64,000 bases of DNA from Candidatus Methylomirabilota bacterium (GTDB lineage Bacteria; Acidobacteriota; Thermoanaerobaculia; Thermoanaerobaculales; Sulfomarinibacteraceae), in NCBI GenBank assembly GCA_035464095.1, contig DATHSO010000081.1, positions 604-64,603 of the forward strand, read 5' to 3'. Positions 56,601-64,000 of this stretch are shown here, in pieces. Each line of letters opens with the position of its first letter. Positions within the stretch are counted from its first letter, which is position 1. The notes below the pieces were generated by a model. That model did not search any database, was not told where the DNA came from, and was given only the letters and a program-made list of their open reading frames with translations. The position numbers and the translations under genes are program-made.

Positions 56601-59302
56601 CCTCCTACGCACCGGGCCTGCAGGAGTCCCTCGAGGCCATGGTGCGGGGGATCCAGCCCGCGGCCGGCCGCGACGGCCATCCGCGGCCTGGAGGCGTCTT
56701 CGTGCTCCGGGCCGACCTCGTGCCGGTGCCGGACCAGATCCTGCTGCACGCCGCGGCGCGAGTCGTGGTTCTGGCGCGCAGGGGCTCACTGTCCGAGCAG
56801 GTGGTTCGGCTTCATCGGACGAGGCTGGGGCCGGCGCCGCCCCGGCACCGCGGGACGCCCGAGTCGATCGAGACCGTGTCCCCGCCCGAGCTGGACCTCG
56901 AGCTCTTCAACGGTCTCGGGGGGTTCACGCCGGACGGCCGCGAGTACGTCACGATTCTCGGCAGGGGGCAGTGGACCCCTGCCCCTTGGATCAATGTCGT
57001 GGCGAACCCGGCGTTCGGTTTCCAGACCTCCGAGTCGGGCTCGGGTTTCACGTGGTCCGTGAACAGCCGGGAGAACAAGCTCACGCCGTGGTCGAACGAT
57101 CCGGTCAGCGACCCTCCGGGCGAGGCGCTCTATGTTCGCGACGAGGACAGCGGTCTCGTCTGGGGGCCGACCGCTCTCCCCATCCGCGAGGAGGCCCGGC
57201 CCTACGTCATCCGGCACGGCCAGGGGTACAGCCGCTTCGAGCACACGTCCCACGGCATCACCCTGGATCTCCTGCAGCTGGTGCCTGTCCAAGACCCCGT
57301 CAAGATCTCCCGCCTCACCCTGGAGAACCGGTCGAAACGCACACGGCGGCTCTCGGTCACGTCCTACGCGGAGTGGGTGCTGGGGGTCTCGCGGAGCGGC
57401 TCCGCGGCCTTCGTGGTCACCGAGATCGACCCCGAGACCGGCGCCATGTTCGCGCGAAATCCCTGGAACCGGGAGTTCGCGGGTCGGGTCGCCTTCGCCG
57501 ACCTGGGCGGGCGTCAGGCCACCTGCACCGGCGACCGTCTGGAGTTCCTCGGCCGCAACGCCGGCCTCGACCGCCCGGCATCGCTGGAACGAAGGCGGGA
57601 GCTCTCGGGAAAAACCGGAGCGGGCCTGGACCCGTGCGCCGCTTTGCAGACCAAGGTGGAGCTCGATCCGGGCGAGCGTCTCGAGGTCGTGTTCCTGCTG
57701 GGCCAGGGGGAAGGCCGCGACCACGCCCGAAGCCTCGTCGAGCGCTACCGCACGATCGACTGCGACGCGGCGCTTCTCGAGGTCCGGGAAAGCTGGGACC
57801 GGGTGCTCGGTGCGGTTCAGGTCACGACGCCCGAGCCGGCGATGGACCTCCTCCTCAACCGATGGCTGCTCTACCAGACGCTGTCGTGCCGGGTCTGGTC
57901 CCGGTCCGCGTTCTACCAGTCAGGAGGCGCCTACGGGTTCCGCGACCAGCTGCAGGACGTCCTCGCCCTCGCCGTGGCGCGACCCGACCTCGTTCGCGAG
58001 CACCTCCTCCGCGCCGCCGCCCGACAGTTCTCAGAAGGCGACGTCCAGCACTGGTGGCATCCCCCGACGGGCCGCGGCGTGCGGACGCGGATCTCTGACG
58101 ACCGCCTCTGGCTGCCCTATGCCGCAGTCCGCTATCTCGAGACCACCGGGGACCGGGCAGTGCTCGACGAGGAGGTCGGGTGGCTCGAGGGGCCGGCTCT
58201 GAAGGAGGGCGAACAGGAGGCCTACTTCGAGCCCGGACGGTCGGACGACCGGGCGACGCTCTACGAGCACTGCGCTCGGGCGCTGGACTGCAGCCTCGCG
58301 GTCGGCAGCCACGGCCTTCCCTTGATCGGGGCCGGGGATTGGAACGACGGCATGAACCGCGTCGGCCATGGCGGCCGGGGAGAAAGCGTCTGGCTGGGGT
58401 GGTTCCTGATCCGGAACCTGCGGGACTTCGCCGCCATCGCCGAGTCCCGCGGAGACGAAGAGCGCTCGGCACGGTGGCGCGGCAGGGCCGCGTCCGTGCT
58501 GGCTTCGCTGGAGCGGGAGGCGTGGGACGGGGAGTGGTACCGGCGCGCCTTCTTCGATGACGGGACGCCGCTCGGATCGGCGCACAGCGACGAGTGCCAG
58601 ATCGACTCAATTGCCCAGTCGTGGGCGGTCATCTCCGGCGCCGGCAACGGGCAGCGGGCGCGCCGGGCCATGGCGTCCGCCGAGCGACGGCTCCTCCGGC
58701 GCGACGACCGTCTGATGCTGCTCCTGTCACCGCCGTTCGACCGGACGCCCTTGGACCCCGGGTACATCAAGGGATACCTCCCCGGCGTCCGGGAGAACGG
58801 CGGCCAGTACACCCACGCGGCGGTCTGGTCGGCGGTCGCGTTTGCCATGCTCGGCGAGGGCGACAAGGCCTTCGACCTGTTCGACCTGCTGAGCCCCATC
58901 CACCACGCCGGCGACCGCACCGCCGTCGACGTGTACAAGGTGGAGCCGTACGCGGTCGCCGCGGATGTCTACTCCGAGCCGCCGAACGTGGGGCGGGGCG
59001 GGTGGACCTGGTACACCGGGGCTGCGGGCTGGCTCTACCGCCTCGGTCTGGAGTGGATTCTCGGATTCCAGAAGCGGGGCTCCGCCCTCCGTGTCGATCC
59101 CTGCATTCCGAAGGGGTGGAAGCACTTCGAGATCGCCTATCGTCATGGCGACACGCCCTACCGGATCACCGTCGACAATCCGAGGGGAGTCTGCCGGGGG
59201 GTGTCCCGGCTCAGTCTCGACGGAACCCCGCTTCACGGGGACGCGCTCGTTCCCCTGGTCGACGATGGCCGCGAGCACCAGGTTGCGGTGGTGCTCGGAT
59301 AG
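50654..59302 (+). CDS. Cyclic beta-1,2-glucan synthase (Cgs/NdvB/ChvB type: N-terminal domain + GT84 + TM helices + GH94-like phosphorylase domain)
   Basis: 2,882-aa ORF. N-terminus EPIRAEIFGIERLEQHAESLA..AAEWLLDNFHVVDEQIRDIRDHLPKGYY is typical of NdvB. GT region YVITLDADTRLPRGAA..HDLFEG. C-terminal GH94-like FRDQLQD, GDWNDGMN and YTGAAGW. GTG 50654 has GGAG upstream. Confidence 0.9.
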   Translation: MNVIDTRHGAPPMREEPIRAEIFGIERLEQHAESLAAAQRATEKPSKGLSLLARVDDNARVLVAAYRDIAETVRERKEITPAAEWLLDNFHVVDEQIRDIRDHLPKGYYRLLPKIAEGHLAGHPRVYGLAWAYVAHTDSRLQMETLQRFVRAYQRVQPLTIGEGWAIAIHLRVALVENLRRLAQLIVQSRQARARADNLADRLLGLSGCPVEPAEDVLPRLGDVPLADAFAMQLFQRLRDQEPSVLPVLAWLHDRLTAQGTSADEVVAREQHAQGAANVTVSNIVTSMRWMSSVDWTGFFENVSLVDDVLRAVPGFAEMDFATRSQCRAQIELLSRRSRHSELEVTRDAVRLARDAGRESKKEDRPGVEPPAAASAGSPERGPGLPGVTRRRPEEYPAYYLQGLGRPAFEKRLGFHAPVRVRLRRAYRAHATAGYFGAIAAVTAFLLSGLLICTWTAGAGVPVLVLLGLLGLTPASEIAVSLVHRLVTLLVSPRLHPKLELSRGVPAQLATMIVVPTLLTSRADIEEQVKRLEVHYMANSEGHLSFALLSDWTDGRHEHMPGDDELLAALVDGIAGLNEKHEGPPGGGRRFLVLHRRRLWNQGEGKWIGWERKRGKLHELNRLLRGATDTTFIPIEGQQPTVPRGIRYVITLDADTRLPRGAAARLVGAMAHPLNRPRLDPRLGRVVDGYAILQPRITPTLPTGPRSTAYQRIVSGPGGVDPYAAAVSDVYQDLFEGGSYTGKGIYDVDVFETALKDKVPESTLLSHDLFEGVFARAGLVTDVDLFEEFPTSYQVDARRHHRWVRGDWQLLPWILGVARDAAGHRQKARIPIESRWKMVDNLRRSLVAPSSLVAAVAAWVLPAAPALPWTGLLVGAVAVPALIPVLDNLLPRRSGISKRSHLRAVGRDIFVALSQTFLAITMLADRAWLMADAVVRTLGRLCLTRRNLLQWVTAAQTGDGANPTLRAFYRDLRWGVVVALGAGSLCVVLRPSSWPVAAPLVLLWVLAPALAWRVSVPSEAAEAQTLSAQDMRSLRLVARRTWRFFETFVDQIEHALPPDNFQEDPEPVRAHRTSPTNMGLYLLSTVAAHDFGWIGALDTVQRLEATLESMAGLHRVRGHFCNWYDTRDLRPLEPVYVSTVDSGNLAGHLIALAQACRELVDRPVLGPEVLEGVRDALHLVLGSARQAEHQRGPAPAASVQLREAAEGMLAVLQDPPTAPADWVRLLEELEARAEQLQGLARSLAEGIDDGSASEIQVWARAVRESVRSHARDLDAFLTSAGLDASRRAETTLGHRLLALALLAEGMVEAMDFRFLYDPSRKLFSIGYRVADRTLDPSCYDLLASEARLASFVAIAKGDVGPKHWFLLGRALTPVGRGAALVSWSGSMFEYLMPLLVMRQPAHSLLDLTCRLVVEYQIRYGADRKVPWGVSESAYNVRDVHLTYQYSDFGVPGLGLKRGLSEDVVVAPYATALAAMVEPKAAVENLARLEEAGARGAYGFYEALDYTPSRLPEEARVAVVRAYMAHHQGMFIVALGNVAHDGATRRRFHAHPMVQATELLLQERTPRAVAVARPRAEEVRVAAIIRDLLPPTLRRFESPHDVTPRTHLLSNGRYTVMVTAAGGGFSRWGSLAVTRWREDAISDSWGSFIFLRDAESGEVWSAGFQPSGTEADAYDVVYSEDRAKIMQRHRSLSTTLEIVVSPEDDAELRRLTVTNLEDKDRDIDVTSYAEVVLAPQGADEAHTAYSNLFVETEFVPELGTLLASRRPRSADEPRLWLAHLVAIEEETLDTLQYESDRARFLGRGRDIRMPLSVASGEPLSGTAGTVLDPIVSLRQRLSIPARGTAHVVFTTIVAHSRDEALATAEKYRQQATFERASSLAWTQAQVQLHHLRITQDEAHLFQRLANRLLFVDRTLRAAPQELARNHGGQSGLWAYGISGDLPIALVRIESEEEREVARQLVRAHEYWYRKGIAADLVILNAQGTSYAPGLQESLEAMVRGIQPAAGRDGHPRPGGVFVLRADLVPVPDQILLHAAARVVVLARRGSLSEQVVRLHRTRLGPAPPRHRGTPESIETVSPPELDLELFNGLGGFTPDGREYVTILGRGQWTPAPWINVVANPAFGFQTSESGSGFTWSVNSRENKLTPWSNDPVSDPPGEALYVRDEDSGLVWGPTALPIREEARPYVIRHGQGYSRFEHTSHGITLDLLQLVPVQDPVKISRLTLENRSKRTRRLSVTSYAEWVLGVSRSGSAAFVVTEIDPETGAMFARNPWNREFAGRVAFADLGGRQATCTGDRLEFLGRNAGLDRPASLERRRELSGKTGAGLDPCAALQTKVELDPGERLEVVFLLGQGEGRDHARSLVERYRTIDCDAALLEVRESWDRVLGAVQVTTPEPAMDLLLNRWLLYQTLSCRVWSRSAFYQSGGAYGFRDQLQDVLALAVARPDLVREHLLRAAARQFSEGDVQHWWHPPTGRGVRTRISDDRLWLPYAAVRYLETTGDRAVLDEEVGWLEGPALKEGEQEAYFEPGRSDDRATLYEHCARALDCSLAVGSHGLPLIGAGDWNDGMNRVGHGGRGESVWLGWFLIRNLRDFAAIAESRGDEERSARWRGRAASVLASLEREAWDGEWYRRAFFDDGTPLGSAHSDECQIDSIAQSWAVISGAGNGQRARRAMASAERRLLRRDDRLMLLLSPPFDRTPLDPGYIKGYLPGVRENGGQYTHAAVWSAVAFAMLGEGDKAFDLFDLLSPIHHAGDRTAVDVYKVEPYAVAADVYSEPPNVGRGGWTWYTGAAGWLYRLGLEWILGFQKRGSALRVDPCIPKGWKHFEIAYRHGDTPYRITVDNPRGVCRGVSRLSLDGTPLHGDALVPLVDDGREHQVAVVLG

Positions 59303-59438
59303 GCCCCCGAGACATTGGTCCGCCGCAGGCCGTCGCCTTCCCGGACCGACCGGCGGCTGACGTCATTTCGATCGATTCCACACCGGATGACGCCCGCCGG
59401 GCCGGCGCAAACGCAAGCAGCACCACGACATCCACTCA

Positions 59439-59454
59439 TGGCGGGGAATTTGCA
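59439..59454 (+). promoter_or_regulatory. Sigma-54 promoter candidate P3 (TGGCggggaatTTGCA)
   Basis: Exact GG/GC spacing with TGGC and TTGCA cores. It lies 37 nt upstream of ATG 59491. TGACGTCA (59358-59365) and TGACGCC (59388-59394) lie upstream. Confidence 0.5.
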
Positions 59455-59490
59455 AAGGTTTCGGTCTCAGTCCGAGGGAAAGAGGCCCCG

Positions 59491-59751
59491 ATGAGCACCG
59501 ACCCACCCACGACCGTGAAGCTCGGCGACCTGGTCGTCGTGGCCTTCGACTGGGCCGAGCAGCACGGCTCCGACGTGCGGGAGGTCCGGATCCTGGGCGT
59601 CAAGGCCGTCTCGTACCTCCTTCAGCGTGCCCGGACGACATCGCCCTCCCGTTCTGCGTCCGGTCTCCTGCCGTTGCCGGGCTCCCGTGAGCGGCTGGCG
59701 CTCGTGGAAGCCGGCCGCCGTCCCGGTGTGTCGGCCCCGATGAGCGGGTGA
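59491..59751 (+). CDS. Small hypothetical protein
   Basis: 86 aa. The first ~40 codons have near-100% GC3 (VKLGDLVVVAFDWAEQHGSDVREVRILGVKAV). The tail is less protein-like. No family recognised. Confidence 0.45.
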   Translation: MSTDPPTTVKLGDLVVVAFDWAEQHGSDVREVRILGVKAVSYLLQRARTTSPSRSASGLLPLPGSRERLALVEAGRRPGVSAPMSG

Positions 59752-59763
59752 AGGAGCGGGCCG

Positions 59764-60498
59764 ATGATCACGCTGCGCAGAGCCCAGGAGCGTCACCACG
59801 ACGGGCGCCGCAAGCAGCAGATCTGGCATACCTTCGGCCCGCACAACGGAGCAGGCCCGCTGGCCGCTGGCTTCGGGACCCTCGAGGGCATCAGCGAGCA
59901 GCAGCTGCCGCCGGGCGCAGTCTCTGCGGCCCATCCGCTCCAGGAAGCAGAGATCGTCACCTACGTCCTCAAGGGCGCACTGGCGCAGGAGGACTCGTCT
60001 GGAAGCTCCGGCGTCGTCCACGCGGGCGAGTTCCAGCGCATGACCGTCGGCCGCGGAATCCGCCACAAGGAGACCAACGCGTCACGGTCCGACTGGGCAC
60101 ACATCTTCCGGGTTTCCCTGCGGCCCGCGCAGGTGGGCCCTGATGCCGGTTGCGAGCAGAAACGCTTCGCGGCGGCACTGCGCCACAACGTGCTGTGCGT
60201 GGTCGCGTCCCCCGACGGGCGCAAGGGATCGCTGCGCATCCTCCAGGACGCCATCGTCCTCTCGAGCGTGCTCGACCCAGGACACCACATCGTCCACGAG
60301 CTGTTCCCGGGGCGGAGCGCCTGGCTCCACGTCATCAGCGGCGAGGCGACTCTGAACGACCTCGTCCTGACTCGAGGTGACGGCGTCGGCGTGACGGCCG
60401 AGCGCTCGGTGTCGCTCACAGCCACCGAGAGCACCGAGCTTCTGCTGGTCGACGTGGGCCCGCCGCCGCGGTCTTCTGCGACCGGGGTCGCACCATGA
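59764..60498 (+). CDS. Pirin-family protein
   Basis: ATG is preceded by GAAGGAG. Cupin metal region HPLQEAEIVTYVLKGALAQEDSSG..AGEFQRMTVGRGIRHKETN. Two-cupin length (244 aa). Confidence 0.85.
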   Translation: MITLRRAQERHHDGRRKQQIWHTFGPHNGAGPLAAGFGTLEGISEQQLPPGAVSAAHPLQEAEIVTYVLKGALAQEDSSGSSGVVHAGEFQRMTVGRGIRHKETNASRSDWAHIFRVSLRPAQVGPDAGCEQKRFAAALRHNVLCVVASPDGRKGSLRILQDAIVLSSVLDPGHHIVHELFPGRSAWLHVISGEATLNDLVLTRGDGVGVTAERSVSLTATESTELLLVDVGPPPRSSATGVAP

Positions 60499-60595
60499 GC
60501 GACCAGCCGCCAAGACCATCGCCATCGCCTGACTCCGGTCCGGCTCAGGACGGCAGGAACCGAGCGGGGAGCATGTCAGCCCGAAAAACAACGAT

Positions 60596-60614
60596 GCCGC
60601 CCGAGGAGGGCGGC
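60596..60614. terminator. Bidirectional intrinsic-terminator-like hairpin (GCCGCCC-GAGGA-GGGCGGC)
   Basis: On the + strand it is followed by tacgtcgTTTgaTTTg (after pirin). On the - strand it is followed by atcgTTgTTTTTc (after tRNA-Ala). Confidence 0.55.
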
Positions 60615-60631
60615 TACGTCGTTTGATTTGC

Positions 60632-60707
<76 letters not shown>

Positions 60708-60794
60708 ACGAGGGAGCGTAGTTGTAGCAAACGAGGGGCGGTGGTGTCAATCTCGCCCACGGGCACGGGCCCCGGTGCTAAGATGGCGCAGCGG

Positions 60795-60893
60795 GGAAGC
60801 GCGTGGGGCCTGGTGGCTTCCGCGGACTTCAAATCCGTTGGGCCGGCTCTTGTCGGGTCGGTCGGAGGGTTCGATTCCCTTGCGCTTCCGCCA
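60795..60893 (+). tRNA. selC: tRNA-Sec (anticodon UCA)
   Basis: 99 nt. Perfect 8-bp acceptor stem (GGAAGCGC/GCGCTTCC). 6-bp D-stem with a 4-nt loop (GGGGCC TGGT GGCTTC). Anticodon loop CUUCAAA. Long variable arm (~25 nt). 5-bp T-stem with a TTCGATT loop. G discriminator and encoded CCA. Confidence 0.9.
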
Positions 60894-60941
60894 TTTTTCT
60901 GCAGGTGCGAGCAGCGTTCCGACGGGGGTGTGGCCGGACTG

Positions 60942-61700
60942 ATGGCGAGCGAGGATTTCGTATTCCGGGGTGAGCTGGAGCGCACGTCTCTGCCGGCCAT
61001 GCTGGCGACCATCCACCGCCACGGCGTGCCGGGCGTCCTCGAGTGCGGCAACGGCGAGACCACCAAGAACGTCTTCTTCGCGGGCGGCGACATCATCTTC
61101 GCCACCTCCACCGACCGTGAAGAGAGCCTCGGCGAGTCGCTGCTCCGCAACGGACTGATCACCGCCGACCAGCTGCGGCTGTCGTCGGACGAGCTCCGCC
61201 GGTCGCCCGGGCGGCGCCACGGCACGGTCCTGGTCCAGATGGGGTTCCTCGAGCCCCACGAGCTCGGAGCGGCGGTCCGCAAGCAGGTCCAGGACATCGT
61301 CTGGAGCCTGTTCGCCTGGCCCGCCGGGACGGTGACCTTCAAGGTCGGCCACTTCCGGGACGACGAGGTCTACAAGATCAAGATCCCCACCGCCCGCGCC
61401 ATCCTCGAGGGCTGCCGCCACCTGCCCGAGGCCAAGGAGGTCACGGCCAGGCTCGGTGGCCGGCGTGCGGTCCTCCAGCCGTGCCGCCGCCCGCCCCACC
61501 TGGCGTCGTTGGAGCTCGAGGCCGAGGAGCGCCGGGTGCTGGAGCTGGTGGACGGGCGGCGCAGTCTGTACGAGCTGTGCGAGGCCGGGCCGGCGAGCCC
61601 GGGGGTCAACGCCCGCATTCTGTACGGGTTGCTGTCCCTCAGACTGGTCGGCCCCGACGAGTCCTCGAACGGGATCCGAATCCAGGCCAGGAACCACTGA
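60942..61700 (+). CDS. DUF4388 domain-containing protein
   Basis: ATG 60942. N-terminus FRGELERTSLPAMLATIHRHGVPGVLECGNGETTKNVFFAGGDIIFATS matches the DUF4388/PatA-N-like pattern. 252 aa. Confidence 0.7.
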   Translation: MASEDFVFRGELERTSLPAMLATIHRHGVPGVLECGNGETTKNVFFAGGDIIFATSTDREESLGESLLRNGLITADQLRLSSDELRRSPGRRHGTVLVQMGFLEPHELGAAVRKQVQDIVWSLFAWPAGTVTFKVGHFRDDEVYKIKIPTARAILEGCRHLPEAKEVTARLGGRRAVLQPCRRPPHLASLELEAEERRVLELVDGRRSLYELCEAGPASPGVNARILYGLLSLRLVGPDESSNGIRIQARNH

Positions 61701-61704
61701 CGCC

Positions 61705-62004
61705 ATGCCACTTTACGAGTACGAGTGCTTCGTCTGCCGCCACCGCTTCGAGCGCATCCACCGGGTCGACGCCGAGCCGGTGACAACGTGCCCGGCGTGC
61801 GGCGGTCAGGTCCGCCGGCTTCTCGGCGTGCCCGCCCTCCAGTTCAAGGGCAGCGGCTGGTACATCACCGACTACGGAAGCGGCCGCAGCGCGGGGTCCA
61901 CCGCCAACGGCCACGACGGCGGCACCGGGGAGAAGGCCTCGGGCGACGGCGGGAACGGCTCGCCGTCGTCGTCGTCGTCCTCGTCCGGCAGCGACGCCGA
62001 CTGA
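61705..62004 (+). CDS. FmdB-family zinc-ribbon protein (CxxC..CxxC)
   Basis: MPLYEYECFVCRHRFE...CPACGG...FKGSGWY, followed by a Gly/Ser-rich tail. Confidence 0.85.
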   Translation: MPLYEYECFVCRHRFERIHRVDAEPVTTCPACGGQVRRLLGVPALQFKGSGWYITDYGSGRSAGSTANGHDGGTGEKASGDGGNGSPSSSSSSSGSDAD

Positions 62005-62013
62005 GCGGCGCAC

Positions 62014-62550
62014 TCAGCCGGCGGCGGGGTAGTCGGGCACGTGGTCGAAGTCCAGGGTGACCCCCTCGACCACGGCGTGGGCCGCCGCCGTGCCGGCCGG
62101 CAGCTCGAGCACCGCCTGGGCACCGCGCTTGGGCACGTAGCGCGGGCACGGCTCCGCCGGGCAGGGCTGAGCGTCGGGGATGACGTCCACAACGGTGCCC
62201 CCGCGATCCAGGTAGACCAGGTCGAGGGCGACGAGGGTGTTCATCATCCAGATCGTCGGCAGCCGCTCCTCGGGGAAGATCAGGAGCATCCCCCGACCCT
62301 CGGCGAGACGGGGCCTGAACATGAGACCCTGGGCCAGCTCCTCGGGGGTGATCGCGAGCTCGAGGGTGATCCGGAAGCCGTCGGGCAGGGTCACCGTGGG
62401 CAGGGCGGGCGCCGGCGCGGTCGGCCCGGGCTCGAGGTCGGCACCGGGAGTCGCCAGGGTCGGCGGCCCGGAGGGGGGCGGCGCGCAGCCCAAGACCGCG
62501 GCGACGGCGGCCGTGAGGCAGACGGCGGTGAGGCACTTCAGCTTCGGCAT
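62014..62550 (-). CDS. DUF192 domain lipoprotein
   Basis: ATG 62550 is preceded by GGGGGAG. Lipobox AAVLGC. DUF192 core GLMFRPRLAEGRGMLLIFPE..IWMMNTLVALDLVYLD. Confidence 0.8.
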   Translation of the reverse strand: MPKLKCLTAVCLTAAVAAVLGCAPPPSGPPTLATPGADLEPGPTAPAPALPTVTLPDGFRITLELAITPEELAQGLMFRPRLAEGRGMLLIFPEERLPTIWMMNTLVALDLVYLDRGGTVVDVIPDAQPCPAEPCPRYVPKRGAQAVLELPAGTAAAHAVVEGVTLDFDHVPDYPAAG

Positions 62551-62563
62551 CGCTCCCCCAGGT

Positions 62564-63933
<1,370 letters not shown>

Positions 63934-63937
<4 letters not shown>

Positions 63938-64000
63938 GCCTCGCCCACCGCGTTGGGCAGCTCGACGGTGATGGTCGTGCCGCGGCCCGGCGCGCTCTCG
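63934..64000 (-). CDS. 3' end of a sensor histidine kinase (partial, runs off the window)
   Basis: The minus-strand frame ends ESAPGRGTTITVELPNAVGEA*, typical of an HATPase_c C-terminus. Its stop overlaps the regulator ATG (ATGA). Confidence 0.6.

Noticed and set aside
59749-59766. The TGA ending the small ORF 59491-59751 is in the same frame as the pirin gene (59764), in a genome that has selA and selC. Is this a selenocysteine read-through fusion?
   Set aside because: The pirin ORF has a complete family-typical N-terminus and its own strong RBS (GAAGGAG, which includes the TGA). No SECIS-like hairpin follows the TGA. The sequence upstream of the TGA is the poorly protein-like tail of the small ORF.
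59467-60066. 199-aa minus-strand ORF overlapping the small ORF and the pirin gene.
   Set aside because: It is a shadow of the + strand genes. It has no motifs and an Arg/Ala/Gly-rich composition.

Overview
This is a 64-kb high-GC (roughly 68-70% by eye) bacterial chromosomal segment. A VWFA-related 'acidobacterial-type' domain protein, DUF4388, and many TPR, ECF and sigma-54 regulators suggest an Acidobacteriota-like organism, but that is inference only. Most long ORFs in the six-frame track are GC-driven shadow ORFs. I can support 55 protein-coding genes, 2 tRNAs, several promoter/operator candidates, and a set of unusual short-unit repeat/hairpin elements. One tRNA is tRNA-Ala-GGC; the other is a tRNA-Sec/selC, which an ORF track cannot show.

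Gene order, left to right:
- lipid-linked glycan/glycosyltransferase cluster (0.1-6.4 kb), then pilD, selA, ychF and a TldD/PmbA pair
- acyl-CoA carboxylase genes, a VWA protein and an ECF sigma module
- yceD-rpmF-plsX-fabH-fabD-fabG; this cluster stops before acpP/fabF at a hexamer-repeat element
- CBS and CvpA genes, a futalosine-type radical SAM gene, rho and coaBC
- a GntR / SufS-like / M20 operon
- an accessory-looking regulatory stretch: STAND ATPase, a second ECF pair, cupin, GNAT, a SARP-hydrolase fusion and PhzF
- a co-oriented block at 44.7-60.5 kb (described below)
- a divergent tRNA-Ala/tRNA-Sec pair, DUF4388, an FmdB zinc ribbon, DUF192 and an NtrC-type two-component pair

The most interesting part is the 44.7-60.5 kb block. 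A divergent XylR_N/V4R-type sigma-54 activator faces three well-spaced sigma-54 promoter matches. These sit in front of (1) a B12-binding radical SAM protein with an unexplained ~270-aa C-terminal extension, (2) a secreted TPR protein plus a 2,882-aa cyclic beta-1,2-glucan synthase, and (3) a small protein plus a pirin.

I recognised no CRISPR, transposase, integrase or phage genes. Start codons are best guesses from RBS and overlap logic. All homology calls come from motif recognition by eye, not from searches.
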